From positions 46,252,001 through 46,316,000 of the forward strand of contig CM060732.1 in assembly GCA_030704615.1 (NCBI GenBank): DNA of 64,000 bases. Direction: 5' to 3'. Below the pieces are notes generated by a model. The model saw nothing but the letters and a program-made list of their open reading frames with translations. It had not been told where the DNA came from and made no database searches. Shown piece after piece: positions 1-11,098 of the stretch (position 1 is the first letter of the stretch; each line of letters starts with the position of its first letter). The position numbers and the translations under genes were made by a program. The stretch is from Takakia lepidozioides. Its lineage: Eukaryota > Plantae > Bryophyta.

Positions 1-340
1 TCATAGGGCCGTCAACGCCTTCATGTGCGAGAAAATTCTCTCTACAGCTGAAGAATAAGCATGTTCTTGGGCATCAATTGCTTCTTTTCTATGGATGTGG
101 CCCGATAGTCTAAGCGTTGCTTCTATAATGGCTTTGATTAGGTATTTGTTGGGGTAATTGTCATGGAAAGACGGGTTGAGTTTGTGGTTGTGTAGGGTGG
201 ATGTGAGATTATTCGTGAAGACAATATAGTACGGAATGCTTGTAGCATTTAATCTTGCAAGTATTTCGAGGATTGTCATGAGTTCTACGAGTAAAATGAG
301 GGACCTAGTAGTTTTGGCTCATGGCTGCTTGGTCAACGCC
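1..340 (-). mobile_element. Possible degraded RNase H-like fragment of a non-LTR retrotransposon (LINE)
   Basis: Minus-strand peptide LVELMTILEILARL...YIVFTNNLTS...NYPNKYLIKAI loosely resembles the ELxAI...IFTDS pattern of LINE RNase H domains. The catalytic Asp position is Asn. Truncated by the window edge. Confidence 0.3.
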
Positions 341-679
341 ATCTAGCCGACATTAGGGCCTATAATGGATCCATTGATATAGTGAGAAATACAAAGGAGT
401 AGCTAAGCTCAACCATAAGTTAGGTGTTGGTATGAAAACTAGTTGTCTGTAGGATAGCTGTAGGCATACGGGGAGGGGACAAGTACACTTTAACCTAGCT
501 ACCATGTCAGCTGCTAGGTTAAAGTCAACAGGTCTTTACTAATACATGACCACGCCTTTATATTCCAATCCAATTTGGCTCGAAGCTTAAAGAATTGCAG
601 GGGGCTTATTCATCATTACCTCTACTTCTATTAGTTTATTATGTCATGGTTTGCATATTTTTTTTGGGGCCAAGTGTGC

Positions 680-870
680 AGAGCCCCTTAGGTACTAGTA
701 AGTAGTAAGATGTAGGGGAAGAGAGCTTGGCTCTCTTTATATACCCTCAGCGGGCGGTGGGACCTTCTAGAAGGCTGCCCTAACACACGTCATTCCTAGA
801 AACCACCACGCCTGCTTACCCCAATCTAACCATGAACCATCCCCTATTTAATAGGTCTTACCTTCCTGCC
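680..870 (+). repeat. Dispersed repeat, copy 1 (copy 2 at ~34505-34705)
   Basis: Shares CTTTATATACCCTC, GCGGTGGGACC and TGAACCATCCCCTATTTAATAGGT in the same order with 34505-34705. Confidence 0.7.
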
Positions 871-1485
871 TCCCCCCCCCCCTTTACATGACAATTATTA
901 ATTGAACTCCTTATTCTAATGTACACCTATGGCCCACTGGCCCTCAAGACTCAAATGACAACTTGACGTCCTTACACTCTTCGTCATCCCTTCTCCCCCA
1001 TCCTACTAGCACCAACGCTTTCCCACCGACGTATGGCCCCAACCCCACATTACTTGGACAAAAGTGTCACCCTGCCCTGCCGCTCCATACTTCCCCCTTG
1101 ATCTTCCTCCATTGCAGCTTTCTTACCCAAGATGAAAACCCGCTTAACTTAGTAGGGGAAGGGGTCTTGCTAGTTTAGCATTTTAATTTACCAAGTTTTT
1201 AAAGTATTTTTCTTTTACTATTTCTTGTTTCATTATTGACTTTTATCACTACTCGCATTTGCCTGCCTCTCTATGATGGTCTTGGTTTCTATTCTTTGTG
1301 AGCTTGTGAGCTACAAAGACATCTGAAATTGCAATTTGATGGAACAATTATCTTTGATACCCCAAAATCCTTCATCGTCTTTTTGTCTAGATCGCTTTTT
1401 GTCTCGTCTACGTTGTGTGTTCCTTGTAACATGATTGCCCATCAGAGATCATCTGTTGAAAAATGAAAGTGAAGGACCAAGAAGT

Positions 1486-4400
1486 TGTAATGGGCTAGAT
1501 TAGTCGTGGCTAGATTCAGTGATCCACAGCTATTAATGAGGGGATAATTCCATTGCAATGGGGTCAGTAATGGACCTCTCTGACAAGGTCCTTGAATACC
1601 ACACTGGATGTATAAACGGTCTTCTTATACCTGTATAAGTAAAGGAGACGTTGGCCTCTACGGCAGTGCGATTTTGGGATGAAACATTGGTGAACATTTG
1701 TGAGCAAGCTCTACGCTATACTTGTATTCTTCACTGTGTGAGAGGTTACTTCAGGACTGCGCATGGACTTAGTCTTGTTTTGAGGATTGAGCTTGAGTGT
1801 GTTTGATCACCCTTGTTTCTTATTTAATCTTGCGGCTGTTGATAATCCCCCACGGCACTTGGTTTCTCCCCTATCGCGCGTTACATAATCAGCCATGTCG
1901 GTCCAACGACTGATATCGCACGGAGCTGATCACTTGGTGGAGATGGGGGGCACACCATTTGCCAACCAAAGATTTTAACTTTTCTACGATCCAGGCCGTT
2001 CACCTCTAGATCTAACGGTGGAAAAACAGCTGGGGTTTTCGGAGTGTGTGTTTTGACAGGAAGAAGGAGCGATGGCGATGGTGCAGAAGCACGACGATGA
2101 AGCTGTCGGTTGCTGCGCAGAAGGAGATGGACGCGATGCTGCATCATAACTTAGACGACGAGCCAGAAAGAGAGCTACCGGCTGATCTAACTGACGTACA
2201 AATTGCCAACGAGGAAGAGTTCAAGCGATTGAACAAAGAAAAGCGCTGGATATTAAGACGACAGGAGCGGCTGAAGGTGCAAAATCAGCTCAATGAGTTC
2301 AGACAACATGATCTATTTGGCACGTACATAAGACCGAATCACCCTATAGTGCAGCAGCTTCAGGCGTACTTGTCGAGCGTGAAGAGAAAGGGAAGAAATG
2401 GAAAGAGTCTATTGAACATCCAGTTCTTACTAAGCTGCGGGATCAGTTGCGAGGTCAGGACCAGCTCCCAGTGTACACGATTGGCTTCCTTGCGCAGCCA
2501 GTCCTGAGGGTTCATCTGTATGAGTTGCTAACTGGCATCAATTCGTGGCTCCTACACGTTAAACGCTTCAAGCAAGGCACAATCAGGCCTCCTAGTTATC
2601 CAAGACTCAAGGGGCATTACCACGGATATGACTTCAAACGGTTTGACAATGATGTTTATCTTCGGCCAGGTCGTGATTCGTTGCTGAGCCCTTCTTTCTA
2701 CTGAAGGGGAAATCACGAAGTTGGTGAAACATTGAATGATCATGACTTGCTGATCACAGAAGAAGAAGGTATTTAACTTATATATTTATTTTTATTATTT
2801 TTAAGGTGATAGGATTTGTTTTCCATTTTATTTTTCTGCTGCCTCACTTAGCCTTTTCTTTCAGCAAGACGCTTTGCAAACCTTGTTCCTGGCGGTGGCC
2901 TTGTAGCTAGGTTACTTTCCCAGGGTACTATGGTATGAATTGCTTAAAGATGATGTGTCCCTTTTTCTCTGACTCAGTGTATGGTGTTGAGGCATCAAGA
3001 GCTCATAGGGGCGGACACTCTTTCCATCCCAACATCACTCATTCTAATCACGTGCCAGTTTTTCAGAGGACAGGGACTAGAATGGAGGCTGCTGTCCATA
3101 GAGCACTTACCACGACATGTCTTACAGGTGAAGTCCCCACAGGCCTGGATGACACCACACGAAAACAAGTAAGGTACCACCTCCGAACGCATGCAGTTCT
3201 TGAGGGGAAGCTTGTTTATGTGGGAAAATCCAGCGACATCACTAATGTCTTAGAGGTACCTACCCAAGAAGAAGTTCCAGCTTTGTTTGCTTTGTTTCAC
3301 TCCTCTATATTTTCTGGTCATTTTGGAGTTCATAAGACCATTGCCAGGTTGCGTGAGAAGTATCATTGGGTTGGTCTCAATACAGATGTGGCTCAATTCA
3401 TCAAACTTTGTGCTACCTGTCAAGTCAAGCGAGCCATGCCAAGGGAACCCATTCCTCAGATCTTGCAACCTATTTCACCGAGCCATTTGCTCGCGTCGGT
3501 TTGGACATGTTGGGCCCTCTACTTTCTAGTAATTCAGGCCTTAAGTACATTGTTGTTGCAATTGACTACTTGTCTAAATGGGTGGAGCTTCGTCCCTTGC
3601 CTACGAAGGACAGTGACTCGGTGGTACAGTTCTTTTATGAGGATATTATCATGCGCCACGACTACCCTCTGGAGATCCTCATTGACAATGGCACTGATTT
3701 TTGTAGTGCCTTGATGGGTATTTTGTGCATGCACATGGGTATCAAGCAATTAGCTACTTCCCCCTTTCACCCTCAATGCAATGGTCTCACAATATGTTTT
3801 AACAAAACCCTTTGTAATCTCTTGACCAAGAATGCCGAGGAAGAGGATTGTTGGGACCAGGTTTTGAATGTCGTTTTGTTTTCTTATAGAACTAGCGTTC
3901 AGTCTAGCATAGGCTTTACTCCCTTTGAACTGGTTTACAATCGTAGATGTAACACTCCTTTGCATCCTCTGCCTTTACGGGTGGTTGTTGAGCATCCCCA
4001 AGACCTTTCTATTCACATGAATCAGCTTTGCAAACGCCGCCGTGTTTCACAGAAGGTTCAGGCTAAAAATTACGACAAGCACATCACCTACAGTGCTGCC
4101 TTTTCCATTGGTGATACAGTGGCATGGCGACATCAAAAGAAGCAAGACTCCGAGGGCAAGTTCCGGCCTAAGTATAAGGGGCCTTTTCTGGTGGTGCAGG
4201 AAGAGCCTGGGCACAAGTTCAGACTTGCATCGCAATCATCGGCTGTCCCAGTCCCTCCCTATGCCATTTTGGTGCTGATTTAATTCACTGCAAATTAGAG
4301 TTCGACTCCTCTTGTCTGAATCTTGAAGGACGCACAGGTGAGTTCATAGCAACCCCTGTAACTAAGAAGTGCAAAGCTAGAACAACTCCTTCACTGCTGT

Positions 4401-4842
4401 ATTAGTGTAGAACAACCCTTACATATGAGACCACAAACGTGACGGGGTCAAGAGTCCTTGGCAGCTTGCAGCTCGGGACAATAAGGCCTGCAGTCACTAT
4501 TTGTTCCTATTTAGTTCTTCTCTTACAACTCGCAGGAGCTCCTTCCATCTCAGTGGGGGGGGGCTCTACATAAGTAATGGGCTAGATTAATCGTGGCTAG
4601 ATTCAGTGATCCACAACTATTAATGAGGGGATAATTCCGTTGCAGTGGGGTCAGCCTGTAACGGACCTCTCTGACAAGGTCCTTGAATACCACACTGGAT
4701 GTATAAACGGTCTTCTTATACCCTTGTTGCTTATTTAATCCCGTGCTGTTGATAATCCCCCACGGCCCTTGGTTTCTCCCATATCGCGCGTTGCATAATC
4801 AGCCATGTTGGTCCAACGACTGATATCGCACGGAGTTGATCA
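1486..4842 (+). mobile_element. Gypsy-type LTR retroelement, non-autonomous (unknown ORF plus integrase only)
   Basis: 5' LTR 1486-1932 (TGTAA...GATCA). 3' LTR 4573-4842 is near-identical but lacks ~177 bp internally. PBS-like TGGTGGAGATGGGGGG at 1935-1950 (tRNA-Ala-like), purine tract at 4552-4563, integrase at 2935-4283. No matching TSD found. Confidence 0.85.
2935..4283 (+). pseudogene. Gypsy integrase (HHCC zinc finger, rve core, GPF motif), frameshifted
   Basis: FHSSIFSGHFGVHKT...CATCQ in ORF 2935-3714. EPFARVGLDMLGP, IDNGTDF, PFHPQCNG and KYKGPFLV in ORF 3366-4283. Frameshift near 3470; the catalytic Glu position reads GLTIC. Confidence 0.9.
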
Positions 4843-4844
4843 CT

Positions 4845-5127
4845 GGCTCTACAAAGTGCCACTCTTGGGTTGTGTCTTGGTCCGACGTCTTGGTCCGGAG
4901 GTAAAGAGTTGGGCCCAGCTATCAGGAGGGTTCCTTTTCTTTGGTTTGGACCAAGAAGTTCGCGCCAAAAGTAGGTGCCATGTACGCATATTGGCCAGCT
5001 TTAGTCTTTTGGTCTTGGTCCCTAGTGTAAAGCCCTTGGGACCAATTTTCGGGCCTCGCCCAATAAGAATGCTCCATTTCCGCTTGGTCTTGGTCTTGGT
5101 CTTGGTCCGTAGTGTAAAGTGGCCCTA
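4845..5127. repeat. TCTTGGTC-rich repeat with a possible PIF/Harbinger-like terminus
   Basis: Multiple TCTTGGTCC/GGACCAAG motifs, also just left of the 5' LTR at 1474. Right end GTGTAAAGTGGCCCTAA. The left TIR was not located. Confidence 0.35.
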
Positions 5128-5321
5128 ATTGTCAATGATGTTATCTGAGGACTTCACAATAATTGTCATAAGTTGGGATGGTTAGAAGCAGAAGTGTCCA
5201 ATGTTGTTTGGGTTTTACAAGATCATGGAAGATCACAATGCAACTATAAGTACATCCTTGTACTCGGTTTGACACGACACACTATGACTTGAAAAAGTGG
5301 AGCAAAATTTGCTACTCTTAA

Positions 5322-6547
5322 CCCTGAAGTGTCAAACCGACCTGTTTTGGGTTGGTTAGGTTTCTTTAACCAGCCATAACTTCCTGTGGTTAAGGCTGAT
5401 TGGCCTTTTTTTTTGGCTCAATCCACAGATAATCGGGTCCCCCTTCATATGGCATTGGCCAATTGGTCAATGCCTGAAGGGGTATGGGTCTGGACCAATT
5501 GGAGGGGGGCACACTCAGTTTTTTGAGGCCAATTTGGCCCCCTAACCTGCCCAAGTTGCTGACATGGCAACTGTGGTCAGGTTAGGGTGACTGAAAGATA
5601 CCCCATAAAGGTTAGGGCGGCACGCTCCCCCAAACCCCTTGATTGCCCGGCATGGGCATGGCACCCGGCGCAGGTCTGGGCATTCCCAGGCCTGGGCCCT
5701 AGCCTGAATCCACGGCGATGGCAGCTCCGGTTAACGCCATGCAGGGCGGGCTGGAGGGAGTGCAGCCGCGATGGCCGCAAAGCTCGGGGGTCGAGAAAAA
5801 CGCCACGAGGGGTGGGCCAAACCTAGGGCGGGGGTTTGAGAGGGTTGAGGGTGGAGTGGCCCCCCATGAAAGCAGGGCTGGGTAGCCAAAGGAGCTCCCA
5901 AACCCCGCGCCCTTCTGGGCTACGGCTCCAAATATCCTAGGCCTGCAGGCTATACCAAAGATGTGCCATTTGAAGTCTTGGGCAGGGAACCTAAGGATGC
6001 GGTGCATTGGCTGATTGGCCTCAAAGTTTTTCGGGGACTTCATATGGAAGCCCATGACATTTCAACCGGAGGGATTAGGGATTGACCGGCTGAATTTTTT
6101 GTATAATTTTAGGAAGAGAGATTTTGGCCTGCCCAAAGAAAATGGAATATTTTGACCCCCCAATTTGTCACTACAAAGGAGCCCACTTGAGAACATTTCA
6201 GAAAAAACTGAAATTTTATGAGGATGTGTGTTATCAGGTATGGAACAACATTCTTGAGACTCTCAAACAGAAAAAATTAAAAATGCCCAAATACGAGCAA
6301 AAAACTGCTTTTTTTGGCACCTAGTTCTTTTGGAGATTTGTTTTTGTCCCCACTCTACACTTCATAATCTTCAGATCTGGCAGTTGGATTTTGGTGAAAC
6401 TTTTTGTGGTAGGAGGTGGGGTAGGTGGGAAGTAATTCCAATGGTCAGTTTTACAGGGACATGGAGATTCTATAGATATATTTTTTTTTGTGGGCCAGGG
6501 TCATGTTTTTCCACGAGAGGGTGAAAATGAGTTTTGACACTTAAGGG
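5322..6547. mobile_element. piggyBac-type non-autonomous DNA transposon (TTAA TSD), copy A
   Basis: TTAA (5318-5321) then CCCTGAAGTGTCAAA ... TTTGACACTTAAGGG then TTAA (6548-6551). 15-bp TIR matches 14/15; no transposase ORF. Confidence 0.8.
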
Positions 6548-7560
6548 TTAACTTTTTCAGAGAACAACCGGAGTTGATTAATCAATTTTAAGGTGCGCGA
6601 CCAATTTTCGACCAATTTTCCAGCCACCACATAGCGGAATACCCTCCATGACAGTGACCACAATAGTGCAAATCAAGAAAATTGGAAATCAACAAATGTA
6701 TTTTCATTCATGCAAATTCATTTTAGGACATTTTGTTTGACAATGATATGAGTCCGATAATGATGCGCCAAGACCTGCGCCAAGAGGTTTCTTGATGCTG
6801 TAGATAGTTTGGGTAGGGCGAGGCAAATACTAGTTCTCATTTGGTACCAGAGTGAGTGAACATACAAGTGAAACAAGTAGCTTCCAAAGAGTTCAGAAAG
6901 CAACATGCACGAAGTAGGAGCAGGAGCTTCAAGGTTACTGCTGACTACATTTGCTGTGAATTTCAAAACCTCTGCACTTCTTTCTGTATATTTGACAATA
7001 ATCTTGCAACTCAAGTTGAGCCCTACAACACTGAAATATAAACGCTACAATATTTGTGCCATATCATGAATATGCTTCAGTCAGTAGTAGGGGTTCCCAC
7101 ACAGCTTTTGGTTTAAGAAAACCTAAAAAAGTGTTGCCATATCACAGCTAAAATTTATGAGTCAGCCACAGGTACCCTGGGGAAGTGCCCTTCACCCCTT
7201 CGCTTGTTCTTTGACTGCGGTATGGTACAATAGAAGAAAAGTATCAATAAACAAACTCAACACAAACCAAAATCAGCACCAATACATGATACAGCCAGAG
7301 CTACGATCTTGACCCATTCTTGACTGGAGTACTCCTGTAGCCAAACTACCCAATTCTTGAACCTATAAAACCGTGACGGTATGGAGACTGCCCCCCCATG
7401 TACCGTAAGCATCGAACTACACTTTTAAGGATACAAGAGTAATAGGAACACATAAAGCAACAGGGAGGAACACATCTCTCCACACCTTGTGTGCAGGACC
7501 TGTTGTGAAGGCTAATGTGTGGGCATTGAATGGTCAAAAAGCCCAACCGGCTCTCTCTTG

Positions 7561-8343
7561 CTATCTTTCTGGAGCTCTCAACAGATCCAAAAGCTCCCCT
7601 TTCTTGAGCTTTGAGTAGCCCTTAAGGCCCCTTGCCTTGGCAAGACTCTTCAACTCTGTCAGTTTGTAGCTAGAAAGGTCCCCACTAATGTTTCCATTTT
7701 CCACAATTATCTCTGCCTCAGTATGCTGTACACTCACTTTCATTTTTACATCTTTACTTGCTTGATGATTCCCTGTTGAATTGTGGACCTCCTCCCTCTC
7801 TACCTCGAGAAATTCCAGGCCTGTCCCAACAATTTCCTGCAATGCTGGTGACAAGGGTGAATCTCGGACAGGATCTGGTCTATACTTGACAGAAACAGCT
7901 GAGGTGCCTTTTTCTGCAGGAGACTCCAGTGGAACTACTGCTGGAAATGCTTTCGAGGATGTGTCAGGCAAGGGGACAGGAGACTGCCCTTGTCGTGCTG
8001 GAATGGGTGATCGCTTCAAAAAAGATGAGGGCAATCGGGGTGGCAAACTGGTTTTCACTGTTTGTTGTGCAGTTTCTCTAATCCTTTTTTCAACAGCTGT
8101 CTCAGCTGGAGCAGTTTCCTTTTTTGGGCTCTGCAGGGGCTTCCCCATCTTCCGAACTGCTGAGACTGGTATGGGTGAGTGCCTTCGGAAATGTGATGGC
8201 AAGCGGTGTGGTAGGTTGACAGGTGTCAAAGAAGCCGCATCTAACCCAGCTACGTGCTCTGCCCGTGACTGCAGTGCCTTCCTGGTGCCCCGAGGTGGTA
8301 GGCCACCTCCGAAGGAAAAAAAGATGCTCCCATCTGCACGCTC
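7561..8343 (-). CDS. Rho termination factor N-terminal (Rho_N) domain protein, terminal exon. Upstream exons probably at ~9169-9387 and 10333-10517.
   Basis: C-terminal DLSSYKLTELKSLAKARGLKGYSKLKKGELLDLL is the Rho_N motif of plant RHON1-like proteins. Acceptor ttgcag at ~8344; GTAAG donors near 9168 and 10332. The upstream exon chain is not resolved. Confidence 0.8.
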   Translation of the reverse strand, partial: ERADGSIFFSFGGGLPPRGTRKALQSRAEHVAGLDAASLTPVNLPHRLPSHFRRHSPIPVSAVRKMGKPLQSPKKETAPAETAVEKRIRETAQQTVKTSLPPRLPSSFLKRSPIPARQGQSPVPLPDTSSKAFPAVVPLESPAEKGTSAVSVKYRPDPVRDSPLSPALQEIVGTGLEFLEVEREEVHNSTGNHQASKDVKMKVSVQHTEAEIIVENGNISGDLSSYKLTELKSLAKARGLKGYSKLKKGELLDLLRAPER

Positions 8344-11098
8344 TGCAAATCCCAATTCAACACATCAGATACCAACCAAACACCTATACATCCTGCTATC
8401 ATTAGAGTATTGCATCCTTATGTGCAAGACTAACACAGTAACTGTATGTGACAATTAGGTTCCTCATTGATTTGATGAATATCTCGTGCACTTCAGAGTT
8501 AACTGCTGTTCATCATTTTGTGTTTCAAACATATACAGGTCCAACTAGAACCTTATCAAGCTTGGACTTGCTGCACTGGGCTTATATAACTTGCTGGCTC
8601 TTGTGGATTTGGGTAAGTGCAATGATTTGCCGTGGTTGAAAATCAACATCAGGAAGTCCATAGAGATCACTGCAACAGTGCCCTATGGTTGAATTGCATG
8701 TCCTACGATGACAAATGCAAATCGAATAACGACGTCCCTATGAATTGGCTCTTGCTGCCACTACATATGGTTCTAATGACCTCATTCCATACTTGTCCAA
8801 ATGGTGGATACATTAGGCCTGAAGAAGGCCATTCCCCTGAGGGAGATATGATGTAAAGAGGAAACTGCAATTCCAAACTCCCTGTGGATTGTCTGCTTTT
8901 CATCAGGATGCAGAAAACTCTAGGGTTTCGAGCAACATCTGTTCGTAAAGTTTAAATCTATACAGACTTGGCCATGTTTGACATTTTTGCTAATGACATG
9001 GAATATGCTTGAATTGGGTGGTCCCTACTCTCACAACCAACCAAAAAGCTGCATTCTTGGCAAGAGATTCATTGAACGGAGAATGGAAGAGCGAAAGACG
9101 GGATGAGAGGAGGGCAGCGCGGGAGCCACTACCTTTGCTGAAGGCTTGCTTCAGTAGGGGGACTTACCATTGTATTTAAATTGATTCTGGCCATCCATTC
9201 CCCAGAAAGGCCTTTATGATTGCATTGATTGGATGACAATTGGAGCCCACTGGTTTTGGGACTGTCTTGGATTTATCGAAGAGAGGTGCAGTAACAATCT
9301 TTTTTGATACTTGCAAAGCGGGCTTCACGCTCAGCAGAATGCCCATTGCACCGCATCAGAAAATGTACGCTGTCCTCCCCATCCACTCTGCAAAATGAAC
9401 AGGGCATGGCTGGAGGAGTCCCAGATTCTCTCTACCACGAGAACACACGAGACATATGTAGTGGCAGCAAGAGCCATTCATAGGGACATTGTTACATATC
9501 CTCTCATTTATTGATGCTGCCACTACACACGTACGAAATATTTACTTTCCAAGTTCGTCAACCTATTTGGTCGGGGGGGAGGCTTGCATGAAGGAGGTGG
9601 GAAGAAAGATTGGAACAGATCATAAAGAAAGATTTATCAAATGTAATTTGAATTGAAGTTTCCTCTCACTTGTTTCCTTCCTTGAGCTACAGAGGGCAAT
9701 GTCATACCTTGAACAGATGTGATTTCAGCTTCCCCCTCACTCATTGCCAGAGTAGGTGGGTCTATCCTGTGGATCGGTGCATTGTGCAGTGAAGGATTGC
9801 GAGACCTTCCTCTGCACCCACCCATAAGGACGACAATGTTGGTAATCTTTGTGATACACTGATTCTATCACATAATAGTGAGAAACAAGAGTAGAAAGTA
9901 GTTGAATCTATGCCAAGCTATGTGAATATCCCAACATGAGCGACAGTAACAATATTAATCAGGTAAGTATGTAAAAAGGCTGTATAACAAGGCTTGAACA
10001 AAGGATAATCTTAATCAACAATAATAATAAATGAGTAGGGGCAAAGCAAAACTGGAGTTGGAACATCCAGGTCATCTGTAACACTTTACAAATCGCTGCA
10101 GTTGAATCAACCCTGGTTGGAGATTAGCCACAAATGTGGCCTTGATGCAGACTTTTCACGGGGCCACTGGATGAGAACTTCGGTATTCTTACAGCTGTTC
10201 TCATGTACGCAAACTTAACATTGTACGAGAGAGAATTGTCACGAACACTCTAAAGGCATCTGTGTATCAGCTGTCAAAATTACTATCAAATTTCAAATAC
10301 TATGAGATTGGTGTGTGTGTTCGTTCTCTTACCCTGAGATTAAGCCTTTCAAAAGCAAGCCATGGAGAGCTGTGCACGGTCGAACGCACACGCCTCCACC
10401 AAGTCCCCTAGTCTCTCTACTTCTGTGCCGGCTCGTAGTCTCTATGGACGATAGATGTACATTTGCGTGAAGCCTCCCCATAGGCCCCTGCAGACGAGCT
10501 GCGAGTGTGGCAACCATAGCTGAAACGCTTCCCAAACAGACTTAGTCCCTTCGACTTGCAGCAGAGGGGGAGCAGGTGATGTAGACAGCGTGCCCAGTAA
10601 CTGAGGATGGGAGCATTACCGAAGCACACTTGCAAAAAAAGATCTCTGAGCAATACCCCAAATGACTCCGCAATAAAGCCCGCGCGAGAGACAGAGAGAC
10701 ACTCAGAAACAGCTAGTGGATGCAAAACCCCGCCCAACCCATAATTTCAGACTGCAACCCAGCAGCAACCCATGCTCTGCTCGAGACAAGAAGCAAGATA
10801 GTGCAAGACCCCAACTTGACTTTTACAATGAAATTCTCGAGTAACGCAAAAGGGTGGCACAAAATTTGGATATAATGCTCGTGACGATTTGGATGGTGGT
10901 ATTGACATTGGGTTTATTCTTGAATCAATCTCGCAAGACAAAACCCAACTATTTCCAATAACCTTAGACCCTAAAAATCTGCTGCTTCCATGGGGAAGCT
11001 GGCGCTCACACTTGTCTATGGCAACGATCTAAATGTGAAGCATTTGCAGACTGGTTTCGAAGGGAACGATCCGCTCCCTGCCTGACATTGGAGGCTGG

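Noticed and set aside
1125-1175. Helitron 3' end (weak hairpin plus CTAGT)
   Set aside because: Hairpin too imperfect and no 5' end identified.
5577-6524. ORFs inside piggyBac-type copy A as a possible transposase
   Set aside because: Short, with no DDD-domain motifs.
7781-8458. 225-aa plus-strand ORF
   Set aside because: Antisense shadow of the Rho_N exon with no recognisable domain.
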